NCBI GenBank assembly: GCA_030141605.1
Contig: JAQGDQ010000072.1
Coordinates: 372,001 to 436,000, forward strand
Length of the DNA: 64,000 bases
Direction: 5' to 3'
From: Tubiluchus corallicola
Taxonomy: Eukaryota > Animalia > Priapulida
The notes under the pieces are model-generated. The model was not told the DNA's origin and did no database searches. It saw only the letters and a program-made list of their open reading frames with translations. How positions within the stretch are numbered: position 1 is the stretch's first letter; each line of letters begins with the position of its first letter. Of this stretch, positions 1-13,600 are shown piece by piece. A program made the translations under genes and the position numbers.

Positions 1-169
1 TGTACAGGGCACATGGTCAAAATCCACATGTATATTGTAAAAATTGTCAAAATCCGTATGTTTTGTAAATGTCACAAAAACCACGGATCCGAATTTGATG
101 CAAAAATAGCTACGAATGCGGATGCGTATTCGGTATCACAGAAAAGACCAGTACGGATCCGTACCTCTA
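1..169. mobile_element. End of a putative non-autonomous DNA transposon (partial, cut by window edge)
   Basis: Repeated CGGATCCG/ATCCGTA motifs and a perfect 14-bp palindrome GTACGGATCCGTAC (151-164) just before the point where LINE sequence begins; the other end is not in the window. Confidence 0.3.
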
Positions 170-1690
170 GACACTGCCAACTTATTAATGTCATAAATGT
201 TCAAAAAGTTTAGTCTTTTAAATATTGGTGGTGTGTAGTCCTGATAACTGGCAATTGTTATAGCTCGCACTATTTTCTTCTGAATCAGGTGAATTTTTTT
301 CAATCTACTGGTATACGAGGTCCCCAAAACATTGTTTGAATTATTAAGATATGGTAAAAAAAGAGAATTATATAATAATGCAAGTACTGATTTAGACAAT
401 ATGCATCTAACTCTGTACATAAAACCTATGGTTTTGAAGATTTTGCTTTCGATAAATCTAAGATGTTCTTGCCAAGTTAGGTGTTCAATGATGATGATGC
501 CTAAGAACTTACTATGTTTTACTTTATTTATTGGGACTTCATCGATTTTTACTCTAAGATTACTAGAGATTCTTTTATTTCTATTTGTGAATACAATAAA
601 TTTAGTATTTTCAATATTCTGTGACAACTTGTTATTAGCATTAAACCAGGTGGATAGGTGTACAAGTTCTTAGTTTACAGTATTTATCATTGATTCATAG
701 TTTGAGTGACTATAGAATATGTTAGTATCATTCGGCAAATAAGATGAAGTCCAGCAGAGTGGAGACATTGTGGAGATCATTGATATACAGAAGAAAAAGC
801 AATGGACCTAAGACTGAGCCTTGCGGGACACCATAATTGATTTACTTCAAAGAAGAAAATGTGTTGTCTATTAGTACAGATTGTTTTCTGTTGCATAAAT
901 AACTTGTAAACCACTGTAAAAGTAGACCTCTGACACCATAGTTGTTTAATTTATCTAAGAGTGTTTAATGGTAAATAGTATCAAATGCTTTATATAAATC
1001 AATAAAGATACCGATTGTAAATTCATTATTGTCAATTGCATTTGATATTAAATCAAGAAGTTCAAGTAGAGTCATGTAAGTCGAGAGGTTTTGTCTAAAG
1101 CCTAGTTGTTTGCTGTATAATGTATGTTTTTTTAATATAATCGTCTATTATACATTAGTCTTTCAAGAATTTTGAAAAAAAGGGAAGAATTGAAATGGGT
1201 CTATGATTTTTAAACTGGAACTTATCACCAGTTTTAAAAATTAGAATAATCTTCGCTATTTTCAGAGAGTCTGTGACTATAACTGTTGAAAATGACTTGT
1301 TAAATGTATAAAGTGGAAATTCAGCAGTACAGATGATGAGTTTTTTAAGGATAATTTGTGATATATCATCATACCCTGTACTGCTTTTATTTTTTAATTA
1401 TTTGCCACATTTAGCAGCTCCGTTTTGTTATTTGGAAGCAACTGCATTGAATTCCTACATATATTTAATAAATATGAAAAATATGATATAATTGTAGTGG
1501 TAATTTTGTCTGCTAGAGTTGATCCTACATTTACAAAATAGTTATTAAAGCCATCGGATATTTCTTTTGATGTCATTGGGTTATACTGTGATTTTTTTTA
1601 AATGTGACTGTTCTATATGAGAAGTATTTCTTTTATTAATAGCTAAATTTATAATTTTCCATGTGTTTCTCATCTTATTCATATTAGTTT

Positions 1691-2092
1691 TGTTGTGGAG
1701 ATCACTGGCATCTATCAGAATTACATTGAACATTGTAGAATGTTCCGTTAGAATAATTGCCTTACTGCGTAGAATGTTCTGGAACAAAACTTCTAGAAGC
1801 TTCTCGGGCATGCTATATAACGCAAAGCAGGCCGCTGAGATGGACACACGCAGATTTCGCACGTGTACGTATACTTACACACACATACTTACACAATCTG
1901 GATGTATACTTACACATTCTCTTGTATACTTGTATTTTCAGATACACTTAAACGTTTTCCAGATTTTCACGTTTACTGTAATCATTTCGCGTTCCTTCAT
2001 ACTTTTGTGTTGTAGAATTCTCGCTTAATAAACTAGTTTAATGTGACGAAGTGTTTTCTCTACGAGCCTTCCGAAAGAAACAAAACACGACA
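1691..2092 (+). mobile_element. Solo LTR (about 402 bp)
   Basis: Begins TGTTGTG and ends CACGACA (imperfect inverted TG...CA termini); TATATAA at 1814-1820; AATAAA at 2027-2032; interrupts the LINE reading frame. No matching TSD. Confidence 0.7.
1727..1820 (+). promoter_or_regulatory. Cluster of heat-shock elements plus TATA box within the solo LTR
   Basis: Alternating nGAAn units: tGAAc-aTTGt-aGAAt-gTTCc (1727-1746), aGAAt-gTTCt-gGAAc (1771-1785), cTTCt-aGAAg-cTTCt (1790-1804), then TATATAA at 1814. Confidence 0.65.
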
Positions 2093-3540
2093 TGCTTCTA
2101 CAATTATGATTAAATATCGAAACTTGAGTATAGCTGGTATTCGCGTTTGTGTTAGATTTTATTATAGAAGTATTTAGATTGACATCAGTGGTATAGTCCC
2201 AATTTATTCTACTAATTCTGTTATAGAAGTTTAGGTCTGGATCAAAATCTGCATACAGTGAATGTTTTTCATTATAATTAATTGGATTTAGATGTAATTC
2301 AGTAAGTTGTAAGGTAACTGAATCAGGTAAATCGATCAAGTCAATAGCGTTTTTTAATTGTATTTCATTTTCTATATTATTGAACGGCAATATATCTGCA
2401 AGACATTTTGTACAGTACCACGAGTCTACAGTTGACAGTTTGTTTGTTACATCCAGTTGCCAGTCTAGTGACCTATCATTAATTACAATATTATTGTGGT
2501 GTTATCAACTTATTAAGGTGCACAATATTAGATGAATTATATCACCAAAGAAAATGTAACAATTCAATATGATTAATGATCAAGATATAATTTTTTATTA
2601 TCATCGCTTAATCTAAGATGTTAACATTTAACAGAAGTTTAGTAATGGTTCCTATCATGTTAAGGGCCAACTTAAACTCACATGATTAAGTGCCTTCTAA
2701 TTTAAAAACATTTTTATAGTTAACATGATGTAAAAATAAAACTTAAAGAATAATTCCTGATATCTATAGGGCCCAACATAAAAGCCTCGTTAAGAAAAGC
2801 AATTTTTGAGATTAGATACATGTGAAGAAACGTTAACATACAATAACATTAAGATAATACGTCAAGCCATTTTGTGCAAACAACAGCATGATTATTTTTA
2901 TACTCTTTTAGTGTATGAAATAGCGTTGAATATTAACAAATAATTAGACACTGAAATCACATTGTATGAAAGACCATAAATATATGTATGAAAAAATATC
3001 AGTCCTTGCTAAATGTGTAATTTAAGATATATTAAAAAAATAGTAAATTAAAGTTTGTGTGCGATGAACTATAGATTCCATATATTTTTAATTTTCGAAG
3101 TATTACAGCATATTACCTGAAGTTAAATGTTATTATACCAAGTTCTGGGGATGTTAGCATATTTATTGTTTGGAACTTCATATAGATCTAAATATTTGTT
3201 GAATAAAATATGATTACATCTAGATACTTTTACTATATATGAAGTGAAGCCAATTTCGGTTTGTGAAGAACTGCACAGGTGTAACATAATTTCGCCTGTT
3301 ATAAAATGTGGACATATTAAGTTTATGTCCTGCATTTATAAATTAATAACATATATTGGTTGGATATTTTATTAGCTATTTGAAGATGCTGGCTGTTTTT
3401 GTTTAAATAGGCAAAAAAACAACTACTAGAGAAAAATCTGAATAAATTTACGGAGATGCCCAAAAACCAAAAATTATCTTCACACAAAAATTTGGTTACC
3501 AAGTTTAAGAGCCCCTCCTATTAGATCCGTTGGCTGTTTT

Positions 3541-4279
3541 TACCTGCAAATGCTCATTGTAGTAAAATTCCATGTAAAAAGTGAAATTTCTCAATGACAG
3601 CAAGTTAATCAGGCACAACAATGAAACTTGTAATTGCAGTATTTGCAGTCGCATGGGTTAGTTTTAAGTCAGTCCTAACAATATCTCTTATGCTGACCAT
3701 GCACCATGTATGTCTCCCTTTACCAACACATATTTCTGAGAAAAACCACCTCAGTTGGTGCTTGGCAAGCATGATCTCAATGTGCAATATATTTTCGCGC
3801 TCAAAGATATTGTTCATGGTTTTCTTGTCAGACCGCTTACAGGCACCGCTTACATGTTTTTCAAGCATCTTTGGCTGATGGTTATTTAAGTTACCCATGT
3901 CTTGCAGATGTAAAGATGGTAAAAAAAGAATAGCTGTTTGTGAGGTTGATTATCATTTTCGTCATTTAATGGTGGATGGTTTTTGAGTCAAGGAAATTTT
4001 GGCAAGGTTTTTCAAAAGAGAATCTTGGTTTGCTGATATCATCATTTTCCACAACACTTTTAAAATGTATCAAGAAATGTCACAAAAATGTCTTTAAAAT
4101 GTTTGTTGCCGTTTTGTGAAATGCTGCCTAATTCACAGATTAACATGATCCTACGTATTTTAACTTGCATGTACACAATGTCGACAAATGGTCTTAAAAA
4201 CATTTCTGAGATCATACGCTTAAACCTTTTTTAAAAACAATTCTGAGATGCTATAAAAATGGCATGCATTTGCTGGGTA
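3541..4279. mobile_element. Putative non-autonomous DNA transposon containing an RTE-like LINE fragment (about 3640-3900, minus)
   Basis: Termini TACCTGCAAATGC (3541) and GCATTTGCTGGGTA (4266-4279) are near-inverted; internal minus-strand peptide HIEIMLAKHQLRW...IRDIVRTDLK resembles an RTE ORF2 C-terminus. Confidence 0.4.
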
Positions 4280-4668
4280 TGTTGAATTTTAGACTTTTTA
4301 AAACCATAATCATTTGAACCACGATAATTACCATGTATGTAATAAAATAACTCAAATAAAGCAAATAATTAATTCAGCTTAATTTGAAACCTTCAATATT
4401 CCTGACATAATAAACCTTAGAGTAAAAAGTGCAATTTGGAAGCATAAAGTAACAACAGTTAAGTTTTCTTTTTTTGTCGGGTCTGCCAATAATATATGTT
4501 GGCCTTGTGGTGTGTGCACGAAATACTGAATGAATTAACTTGAAGGTTAATTGTGTAGCGACCTCTGGCGATGAGGTTGCTGTATCTGACCTGATTTTTC
4601 CCGGAAAAAATCATGGAATTTCTGAACATTTCTTTTGTAAATAGCTGAAAATTGGTAATCCAGAAAAC

Positions 4669-7600
4669 ATGCCTGAACTCCTAAAAATCTCCATCATTGG
4701 CTCAGGAAATTGGTATAGTATTATGTAACCGTTTTGTTGTAAAAATATTGAATTATACTGTTTTATTTCCACAGTTCAGCATTAGGCCTTCATATTTTGT
4801 TATTTTTGTCAAATTCCATCAGCAAACATTTACTCTTTATAGCCTAGGTACAAAAACTAGCCAGCTGATATGATCACAACATACAATACTTTAATTTTAC
4901 AAGTGAAGCAAGTTGAGAGTCAAAGAGACGTCAGTACATTAGATGTTTTAACTTTACTCATCTTTGCACTTTACAATAAATCAAGCAAAAAAGTTCAACG
5001 TTGTGAAGTATTAAAAATTATCGTATGTGCCCTAACATCTTTTCTTTCTATCCATATTGACATGAGCTGGTCCTATTGCAAGTAACACTTAAGAGTTATG
5101 TTAGTACATAACACACAAGAACTTTTATTTCACACATATTCGAGATATACGGATTGTAGTCAGTTAACGAATAAAGAAGTAGGGTGACGAGTAACCCTTT
5201 AGCCGAAAGTAGGACACTTCCGGTAAAACGCATGTGCTACATTTGCGGAAAAGCAGCGTCGTACATGGGTAGCCCAAGTAAGGCACTGGCGATTTTTGTG
5301 GAGAATTGAGAATTATGATGACATAATAAAACATAAAACTAAATTTGTTTTACAAAAAAAGTAACTTTATAATAATGATGGATGACAATTTACAAAATTA
5401 ATGTATTTTTTACAATATATCATATGATATAATACAGTATCATCAGTATTATTAGCTCCATTAAAATCATCATAACATTAAACTAAGTATCTAATGCTTT
5501 AAAGAGAGAAACTATGCACACAATTATTACAGAAATAATTGCAATTTTAAAAATAAGACGGTTGGATGCTAAGCCTTCACAACATGAAAAATTAATTTTC
5601 AACTTTTTAGGAAAAGCAAGGACAATTAATTTTGTAACGTGTAAGGCTCTGTCGTACATGGCTTGCTAGCCCATGTAGAGCACATAGGTCGCTAAAACGC
5701 TTACTTAGGAGAAAACAATTATTTGTCCAAGAGATAGTGAAATGGATCACCTGTCTGTGAAGCGAGACAAATTAAAAAATGATATACCTTAAACAAAATT
5801 TAATGTTGAATTCGCCTAAAAAGTAGGTTTATTTCACTTCAACAACATTAATATCGAAGCCAACTTTAATAGTGTCTGTTCTAGCAGCTCAGAATAAAAT
5901 TCTTTTATTTTATCAGATGTATAATAAATTATTCAACGTGTATTGACGTTTTTAATTATTATTATTATTACATAAACCAGGACAACGGACGGTGCCAGTA
6001 TGCTTAACAACTCAATTCACGACCTGTCTCTAGTGTCCTACTTGGGCAGCCCATGTACGACACATCCTACTTGGGCTATCTCATGTAAGTCACTTGTCGT
6101 ACTTCGGCTAGTGGGTTACTCGGCGCCCATCAAAGATATAAATAGTGTGGAGAAAGGGACTGACCATACGGTCTTTTACTCCTTTCCCCTATATAAAGTG
6201 AAATAAATAATTTTAATCAGTATTGTAGACAATAATAAAGTTATTTTTCACAAATACAATATAATGGTGTTGTTGTTTTTTTGTTCTTTTTTTAATTTTA
6301 GTTTTATCAGTAACTCCTTTAATAAAATTTTAGAATTTTAATAAAATAATATAGAAGCCTAAATTACAAACAGAAATTGTAAAACCACTGGTGTTTACTT
6401 TTCTTGAAAATTCCAACAATTTTACTCAGTTTAGTAGAAATATAAATAACATTTATACAAAGAATATAAATTTGAGAAAACTAATCCCAGCCAAAAATTG
6501 GTTTCTTTTTGTCCACTGAACTTATATCAAAGGTTAAAAACCAAGTTGCCAAAGCCTTGTGTGCGGTAAACGTGCTGTTTTGCTGTTTCTCCACAAAGAA
6601 CAAAAATGTCCTCATGGCTGCTTACAAAACCTATGTTAGGCCACTACTTGAATATTGTATGCCAGTGTGGTCCGTATCATATGCTGGGCATTGATGCTAT
6701 AGAGACAGTTCAGTGATATTTTACACGCAGATTATTTGCCCATTTTCAACTTGGTGTTTTTAACTATTTGGACAGGCTGCATATTTTAGATTTACAATGA
6801 CTTGAAGTGAAACAAATAATTTTTTATCTTAAGATGGTTTATAAAATATGCCATAAATTAGTAGATTTGTCATTTGATGATTTCTTTTGTTATGCTTCCA
6901 CCCAAAATTTACGTAGTCACAATTACAAATTGTTCAAACATTATTCTAAATTAGGTGTATACAAATATTCATTCGCAAATAGAGTAGTCCCTATCTGGAA
7001 TGATCTTCATTATGGCATGGTTAATGCACCAAACATTGCCATTTTCGGCAGTAGGCTAACAAGCTGATTTTAATCGTATTATGTAACCTATTTTTTCTTT
7101 ACTGTATGTAGTGTCTAGCTCCATGTTAAGTTTCTTTTAAGGTTTTTCTGGTTTACTGCCCATGTATTTGCGATTGCAAATATATTGCAAATTACTTTAT
7201 ATTGTATTATATGACTAGCATAAGTGCTATGTGCCTGCTGCCATTTTTTTTTTATAAAAATGTAATTATAAGTGTTCTTAAATAAAATAAAAATAAAATG
7301 TATGAGGTACAACACACATTCACATTCAGCAGACAAGAATAACTTTATCATTGCTTTAGTTTGCTGCTTATTAGCAGTATTATTAAACTACCTAATAATT
7401 TTGGGTAACTTAAATTGCTGTACATTTGTAACATTTGCTTACTAGTAATTTTACCAGTAAGGCTGCAATTTATGTTCAAATTTCCTATTATGCCACTTTT
7501 AATGTCGGTGAGGCATAACCAATAAAGCTGTTAATTAAGTTTTAAATATACGGGTGTTTGAACTAAGTCACCTAAATTCATGTAATTTATTCTGTTACAA

Positions 7601-10600
7601 AAATTATTAACCTAGGAATTATTGGGCAATAGTACTACAACAACTGATATAAATATCTTATGGTACTTCCCAACATATTCTTTTGTATTGTATTGTGCCT
7701 ATTGATGGATCAATATAAATACACAGACTATTTGCATTTGGTGATCAGTTGAACTTACCAGAACTAAACAATGCCCACTTCGTGTGTACCAATGAGGATT
7801 ATTGTGCTGGAAAAAAAGTGAAATTGTGGAATTGTTGTTTGCACATGTATGTCATTGTTTGCGTCAGTGCCAGCACAAAAATAATGCAACATTATCACAA
7901 GTGCCGCTCTTGTGTGTATTGCCTTGCTTTTTCGCCTGCCCCGAATACAGAAAGTCACAATTTTCCATGCACTAAAAATCGCCAACTGTGATCAATGATG
8001 TTGCCTTATAAATTATTGCACTAATAACTTTAAATTTATTTATGTTTTTCACTGGAAACTGGTTTTCCATCATGGGTCCGATCTTTAATTTGTTTATACC
8101 TGATGCAACAGGATATATAACTAAAAAAGGCCTATTGAAAGTACTGCAGAATATGTATGCCAACAAAGTCTTGTTTAAACATATACAAAATATTTGTAGT
8201 CATTCATGCCTCTAGTGCATGTGTGCCATTTCAGTTCAGTGTTTAAACCTTTTTCTATTAAGGTGGGCAGTCAGATACTGCTACCTGGCTGAAACCGAAA
8301 GAAAATTAACAAAAATAGTATTTGACATTCATGCTGCTTCTTCCATAATAAAATTTTTCCATAATCAATATTTTGAAACAACTACCTGATGTGATTTTCT
8401 AATGAAGCACCTACCCATAATAGGCAATGTGATAGAATAACAAAAAAACTAATAAGTTTTCTAATAATTTTTCTAAGTCCCAACTGCACTGAAAAGTATA
8501 GTAATTTTTCGCTTAACAGATCCCCGAGCTCTGAACGTTTGCCATGTGTTTTCACTTAACGCCACATGTTTTCATTTTTAGCGAAGATTTGCTGAAATTG
8601 TAAGGTTCAATAATTTTTATTTTTGCCTAAATTGAATTGCTAAAACACTAATTGTTGTTTTATTTGATTCTAAAAAACTGCTAGTGATGTAAAAGCCAAT
8701 ATTCATTAAGTTTTTTGTTCCTACACTGTTTAAATGCATAAAAAACTATTTTCAATTTGCACTATGTTAAATTAATACAAAGAATTCTGTCTGCATTAAT
8801 TACTAGGGCAACTGGTGTCTAGATGAAATTAGCCACCAAAATTGACCACTCTTTATAGTGTATGATTATTTCTATTCTAACCTTTCTTTTTGAGAGCAGT
8901 ATTTTAGTAATTATGTGTTTGTTCCAGGGGTTCAGCAATAGCAAAAATTATAGGAAATAATGTTCGCCATTCGCATAAATTTGATCACACAGTGAGGATC
9001 TTTGTCTATGAAGAACTTGTGGATGGACGAAAGTTGTCTGAGATTATTAATACAGATCATGAAAATGTTAAATACTTGAAGGGTGTGCATCTACCTGACA
9101 ACGTGGTAAGTTTTTCTTTGCACATTTAAGCAAGGTATACAATAAATTATATTGTGTATGTGTAATTGTGTATGCTGTATGTAATTTTTGTTTGCAATGT
9201 GAACAGATTAGGAGTCTATGCTCCTGTTTTGCTGTAATTTTGTGGATATTTGCTGGCGATGATAGTACATTTGATTCATCTATCAAATACACTACCTTCT
9301 TTTATCAAAAATATCAAGGTTGAAAAAATCAGCACAATCTCCAGGGATTGTCAGTGAAATTAGCATTTGCTACAGTGCTAGTAATTTGTTTTACACTTGA
9401 CGTGCTAGAGAAAAAGGAGTTTAGATGGTCTGAAATATAACATAGCAGTTCTGTCATACATTGAGCAAAAAGTCTTGGAAGGATCTTGAACCTAGTAAGT
9501 TTTATCTTATTCAATGGGCAAACTGGCATAGGTAAGGTAAGGTAAAGTTAAATTTATTTTATTGCATGTAGGTGGCTGTGCCAGATCTCAGAGCTACGGC
9601 TAAAGATGCTGACATTCTTCTTTTTGTTGTACCGCATCAGTTTGTTAAAACAATTTGCCACCAAATGGAAGGAGCTGTTAAGCCAAATGCGATAGGATTG
9701 TCTCTAATAAAGGTACTTGCAGTATTATAATTATATAAATATGAAATCATTCTTACTTAAAGTGACCTTTGTTCACTAAAGAGTTTCTCTGGTTGTTTCT
9801 CATTTGGACTGTGGACAGGCCATTGGTGATTGGAAATAGTTCTTGCAATCTGGTGCTTCTGCCTTTAAACCTTTGAATGTTTGGTAGCTTATAGCTGTAA
9901 CTGTTTGAAGAAATTTGGCCAATAACAAGGTAGTAAAAATTTCGGAAGTTTCTATGTAGTTCTAATTTGATGTAGGCTTGTGTTTTCTTCATGCTTATTG
10001 TTAGAATAAAATAAATAGTAGATAGCATAATACAAATCAAAATGTAAATGTAGTGAGCAAGACTGGAATTTATTTCACTAAATTGTATAGCTTTTTTCTG
10101 TTGGTTCAGTGATTCATCCAAGAAGCAGAACCTTGATATGGTGTAAGGTCCAGGTCTTGCCACAACCATCTAATGTCAGTAGAATCTGCCACTAAATGTT
10201 GCATTCAGCTTGCAGGATTCTGAATTGTAACAAAAAAGTAACAGTAACATAAACAGTAAAGAATTGTTGTTAATTTTACGATCTAAAGTATCATGTCATG
10301 GTTTTCCAACTTTGCAGGGTGTAGATATCAATGAAGCTGGACTCGTGTTGATGTCACACATTATAGAAAACGCTTTAAAAATTAAAGTTAGTGTATTAAT
10401 GGGAGCCAATCTTGCCAATGAAGTTGCACAAGAAAAATTTTGTGAAACAACTATAGGTAAGCTAGCTGTGGTGACCAGAGTAATTTTAAATTGTGCCTGT
10501 TTTCTGGAAGCAACTGGCTGTCATTCGTATGTTCTAATGAACATTGTCTTTATGCGCAAAACTAATCAACACCCCATATACGTTATTGAATCTTTTTGTA

Positions 10601-13600
10601 ATGGACGGTTGAAAAGATTATTTGGAAGTGACCAAGTACATTAAATCTTCGAAGATATATTGAAAGAACTGCTACTGATAAATAAGAAGTTGATCACATG
10701 TACTTCAACTGTTTGGGATATTGTAAATATTACAAGCTTTACTGTCACACAGGTATTGCTACTGTGAATTATTTAAGCAACTTGACAGTGACTTGCACAT
10801 TCTGTAATTTAGAGATGAATGAACTCTATGTTCCATTAATTTATCATGTCTCACTCTACTCTGTGACTGTGGCTAATGAGTTATACCTCTGTTTATCCCT
10901 TGTGTCTTTATCTGCTGTATGTCTGTATTTCTTTATACGCTTTATTATTATACTTCTTTATTATCTTTTTTACTTTACTATGATATCCTTTTTTGTGTTA
11001 ATAGTATAAACAAGAAACTTCCTTCCAAAAAATTAGTTCAGTAATTTCAGTAATTCCTTGTCATTTTTTCTCTTTATCTATCCTTTTTTGCTTACCTGAA
11101 AAAGAATTACAGTGATATTTTGAAATTTTGTATTTTTTATTATGCATTGTCACTATTCACGTCTTTGAGAATTAATCTGTGATAAATGTTTAGTGCACTA
11201 GCTGCAGCAAGCATGGCAAACAATTCAGTATCAAGTGACACATGAATATCATTTAAGACAACAATTTTGCATAAATGTTTTGATCATGAGTTTTCAGTAG
11301 TTGTAAACCCTATTTTGTATGCTTGACATTTTGGTTGGTGAACTGGTTCAGCTTTGTAGCTATTGTCTTCTTTTGACAGTTTTTAATCCTGAGTTCTGAT
11401 CTTTTTAGGATGCCGGGATAAAGATATTGGCGCATTATTAAAAGAGATGTGTCAGACTCCATATTTTCGTGTTACAGTTGTGGATGATGTGGAAGCTGTG
11501 GAACTGTGTGGTGCTCTTAAGGTAGGCCACTGTTTAATATAAAATGTCTTCATTTAACACTGCCTTGTTATTTATCCATTTTCTTTTCTAACAGTTAATG
11601 TTCCAAGCGTTTTACTATACTGTTTTGCCATATTTAAAATATAAAATTTTGTTTTTCTCATGTTGAGGAATCCTCTAGTAAGACACTTCTGCAGTAGTTA
11701 TACACCTGTTTTCTGACAGAATGTCGAACACTGTCAACTGTAAATGCGACTTGGCTTGTTGCTAGAGCTCATTTGCTACTTAAAGACACCACTGCTTTTT
11801 CAAATATAGTTAATTTGTTCAACTGACGTTACAAATAGTCTTTTTAGTTGTCTCTTAGGCTATCTGATGGTCAATGCAGGACAAGCAACTAACACCAAAT
11901 GCAAAATAAAACTGCAACACCAAAAGTGTTAAAAATGTGTTTGAAATACGAAATTAACAATGTATTACTCTGATATGTGCAAAGCATCTATAGAAGTACC
12001 TATAAGTTTATAAAAATGTATTTATCTTTTTATTTAATGATTTATTCGCCTCAAATCAATAAAATGCTCTAGGGCTTTATAATCAGAAATAGAAAAAAAT
12101 ACATCGTAATGAACTTGAAAATTATTCACTACAATAAAGGTAAAAAAGCATAATTACATAATACATACAATACCGTTGTACAGATAAAATGCAAGACATA
12201 ATGGAAATCCAGTTTAAATTAATTTGGTTTACAGGTTAAAAGCTTTTTCAAATAAAAAGGTTTTGAGGAGTGTTTTAAAAATAGATAGTGGCTCTGACTG
12301 CCGTATGTGAATAGGTGTTTGATTCCACAATAGAGGAGCCGGACGGATGAGAATGACCATCCTCCACAAGTGACTAGTTTTGTTATAGGTTGGACCAAGT
12401 TCATTGAATTTGCTGAAAGCAAACTATGTTGTGGAGTATCTCATTAAATTAATTCTTGAAGATAATGGGAAAATTAATCAGTTGTAACAAATAACTGTAT
12501 AACTAGTGTATAGGTACATACAATAAAAAATAAAAATGTCATAAGTGTGAGTAAAATAACACTTGAAATTCATACTAGTCCCAGTCTGAAATTAGTGTAA
12601 AATTTGTTAAAACCTAAAATGAGATTTAAAAACTTATAATCCATCTAAAATATTGTTATATTCCAAATTGCAAGACTTCTCTTTGTAGTAAATAAAATAG
12701 GCATGGCTTTAGACATAAAATAAAATAAAATAGCTATAACTGTACAAATAAAAATATAAGTTTTTGTTTAGTAAAGCTAATGTATAGTTGTACTACGAAA
12801 CCGGAGCACTTGATATAGAACTATTAACAACAGTGTTGTGCTTAGAGATTGTATAATGGTTGCTTCAACGGACTGAGTAGTGAAACTAAGTTTCCAACTC
12901 TCTATGTTTGCTTTGTTATAACTGCTTCCACACAGTTAAATTACATTGTTGATGTTTTGCTTGTTACTGTCTGAGTGTTTCAGCTATTTATAAATTTAAC
13001 TTAGAATGTGATAGCTGTGGCAGCTGGGATAACAGATGGTTTATCACAAGGAGATAATACAAAGGCAGCTGTCATCCGGATTGGGTTAATGGAGATGATA
13101 AAGTTTATAGAACTCTTCTATCCTGGTAAGTAAATAATTTTGCTAAATTACTTTATATAGACATGATTATAATAATATTTGATTCTGTTGTTGAGATATG
13201 CTGACTTCTCTGTATAAGCTCTTTTACTTATGTATGTGACTAAGACACGTTATGTGGCATTTATGTTACTTGAACTTTCTCATTTTGTCAAAAAATAGTT
13301 TGTCTTTACTTTTCTGGAATTTTTTGAAGTAACATATGGGCCTGATGAACACCGAAATTTCAAAATCGTGGAACAATATCATGTACTGTCAAACCTGATA
13401 ATAATGCTCCCCTTTGTAATATCAACTTCACTTAATGCCCAAATTTTTGGCATTGCTTACATTTGTGTAGATATGTTTGCAGTAATGCCAGACTCGCTTA
13501 ATGGTAACTTTTTTGCAGAATTTGCACTCCCCAAAATAGGCAGTATAAAGAAGTTTAACCCTAGATACTCTTTATACCGTTGAACTCATTACAAGCTGGC

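Larger units (their letters stand above)
170..2460 (-). mobile_element. Decayed CR1/L2/Crack-group LINE (RT domain plus PHD-like/endonuclease start), interrupted at 1691-2092
   Basis: Minus-strand fragments WYCTKCLADILPFNNI, IFNHNCRSM, TWKIIN, FNNYFVNVG, GVPQGSVLGPLLFL (about 795-835), KFLGI, LYNSLFLPYL; many stops and frameshifts. Confidence 0.85.

Noticed and set aside
4613-4648. 11-codon uORF before GPD1
   Set aside because: The TSS is unknown and the region may be intronic or untranscribed; short ORFs like this are expected by chance.
10264-10644. 126-aa ORF as a standalone gene
   Set aside because: It is GPD1 exon 4 (10318-10456) read through into flanking intron sequence.
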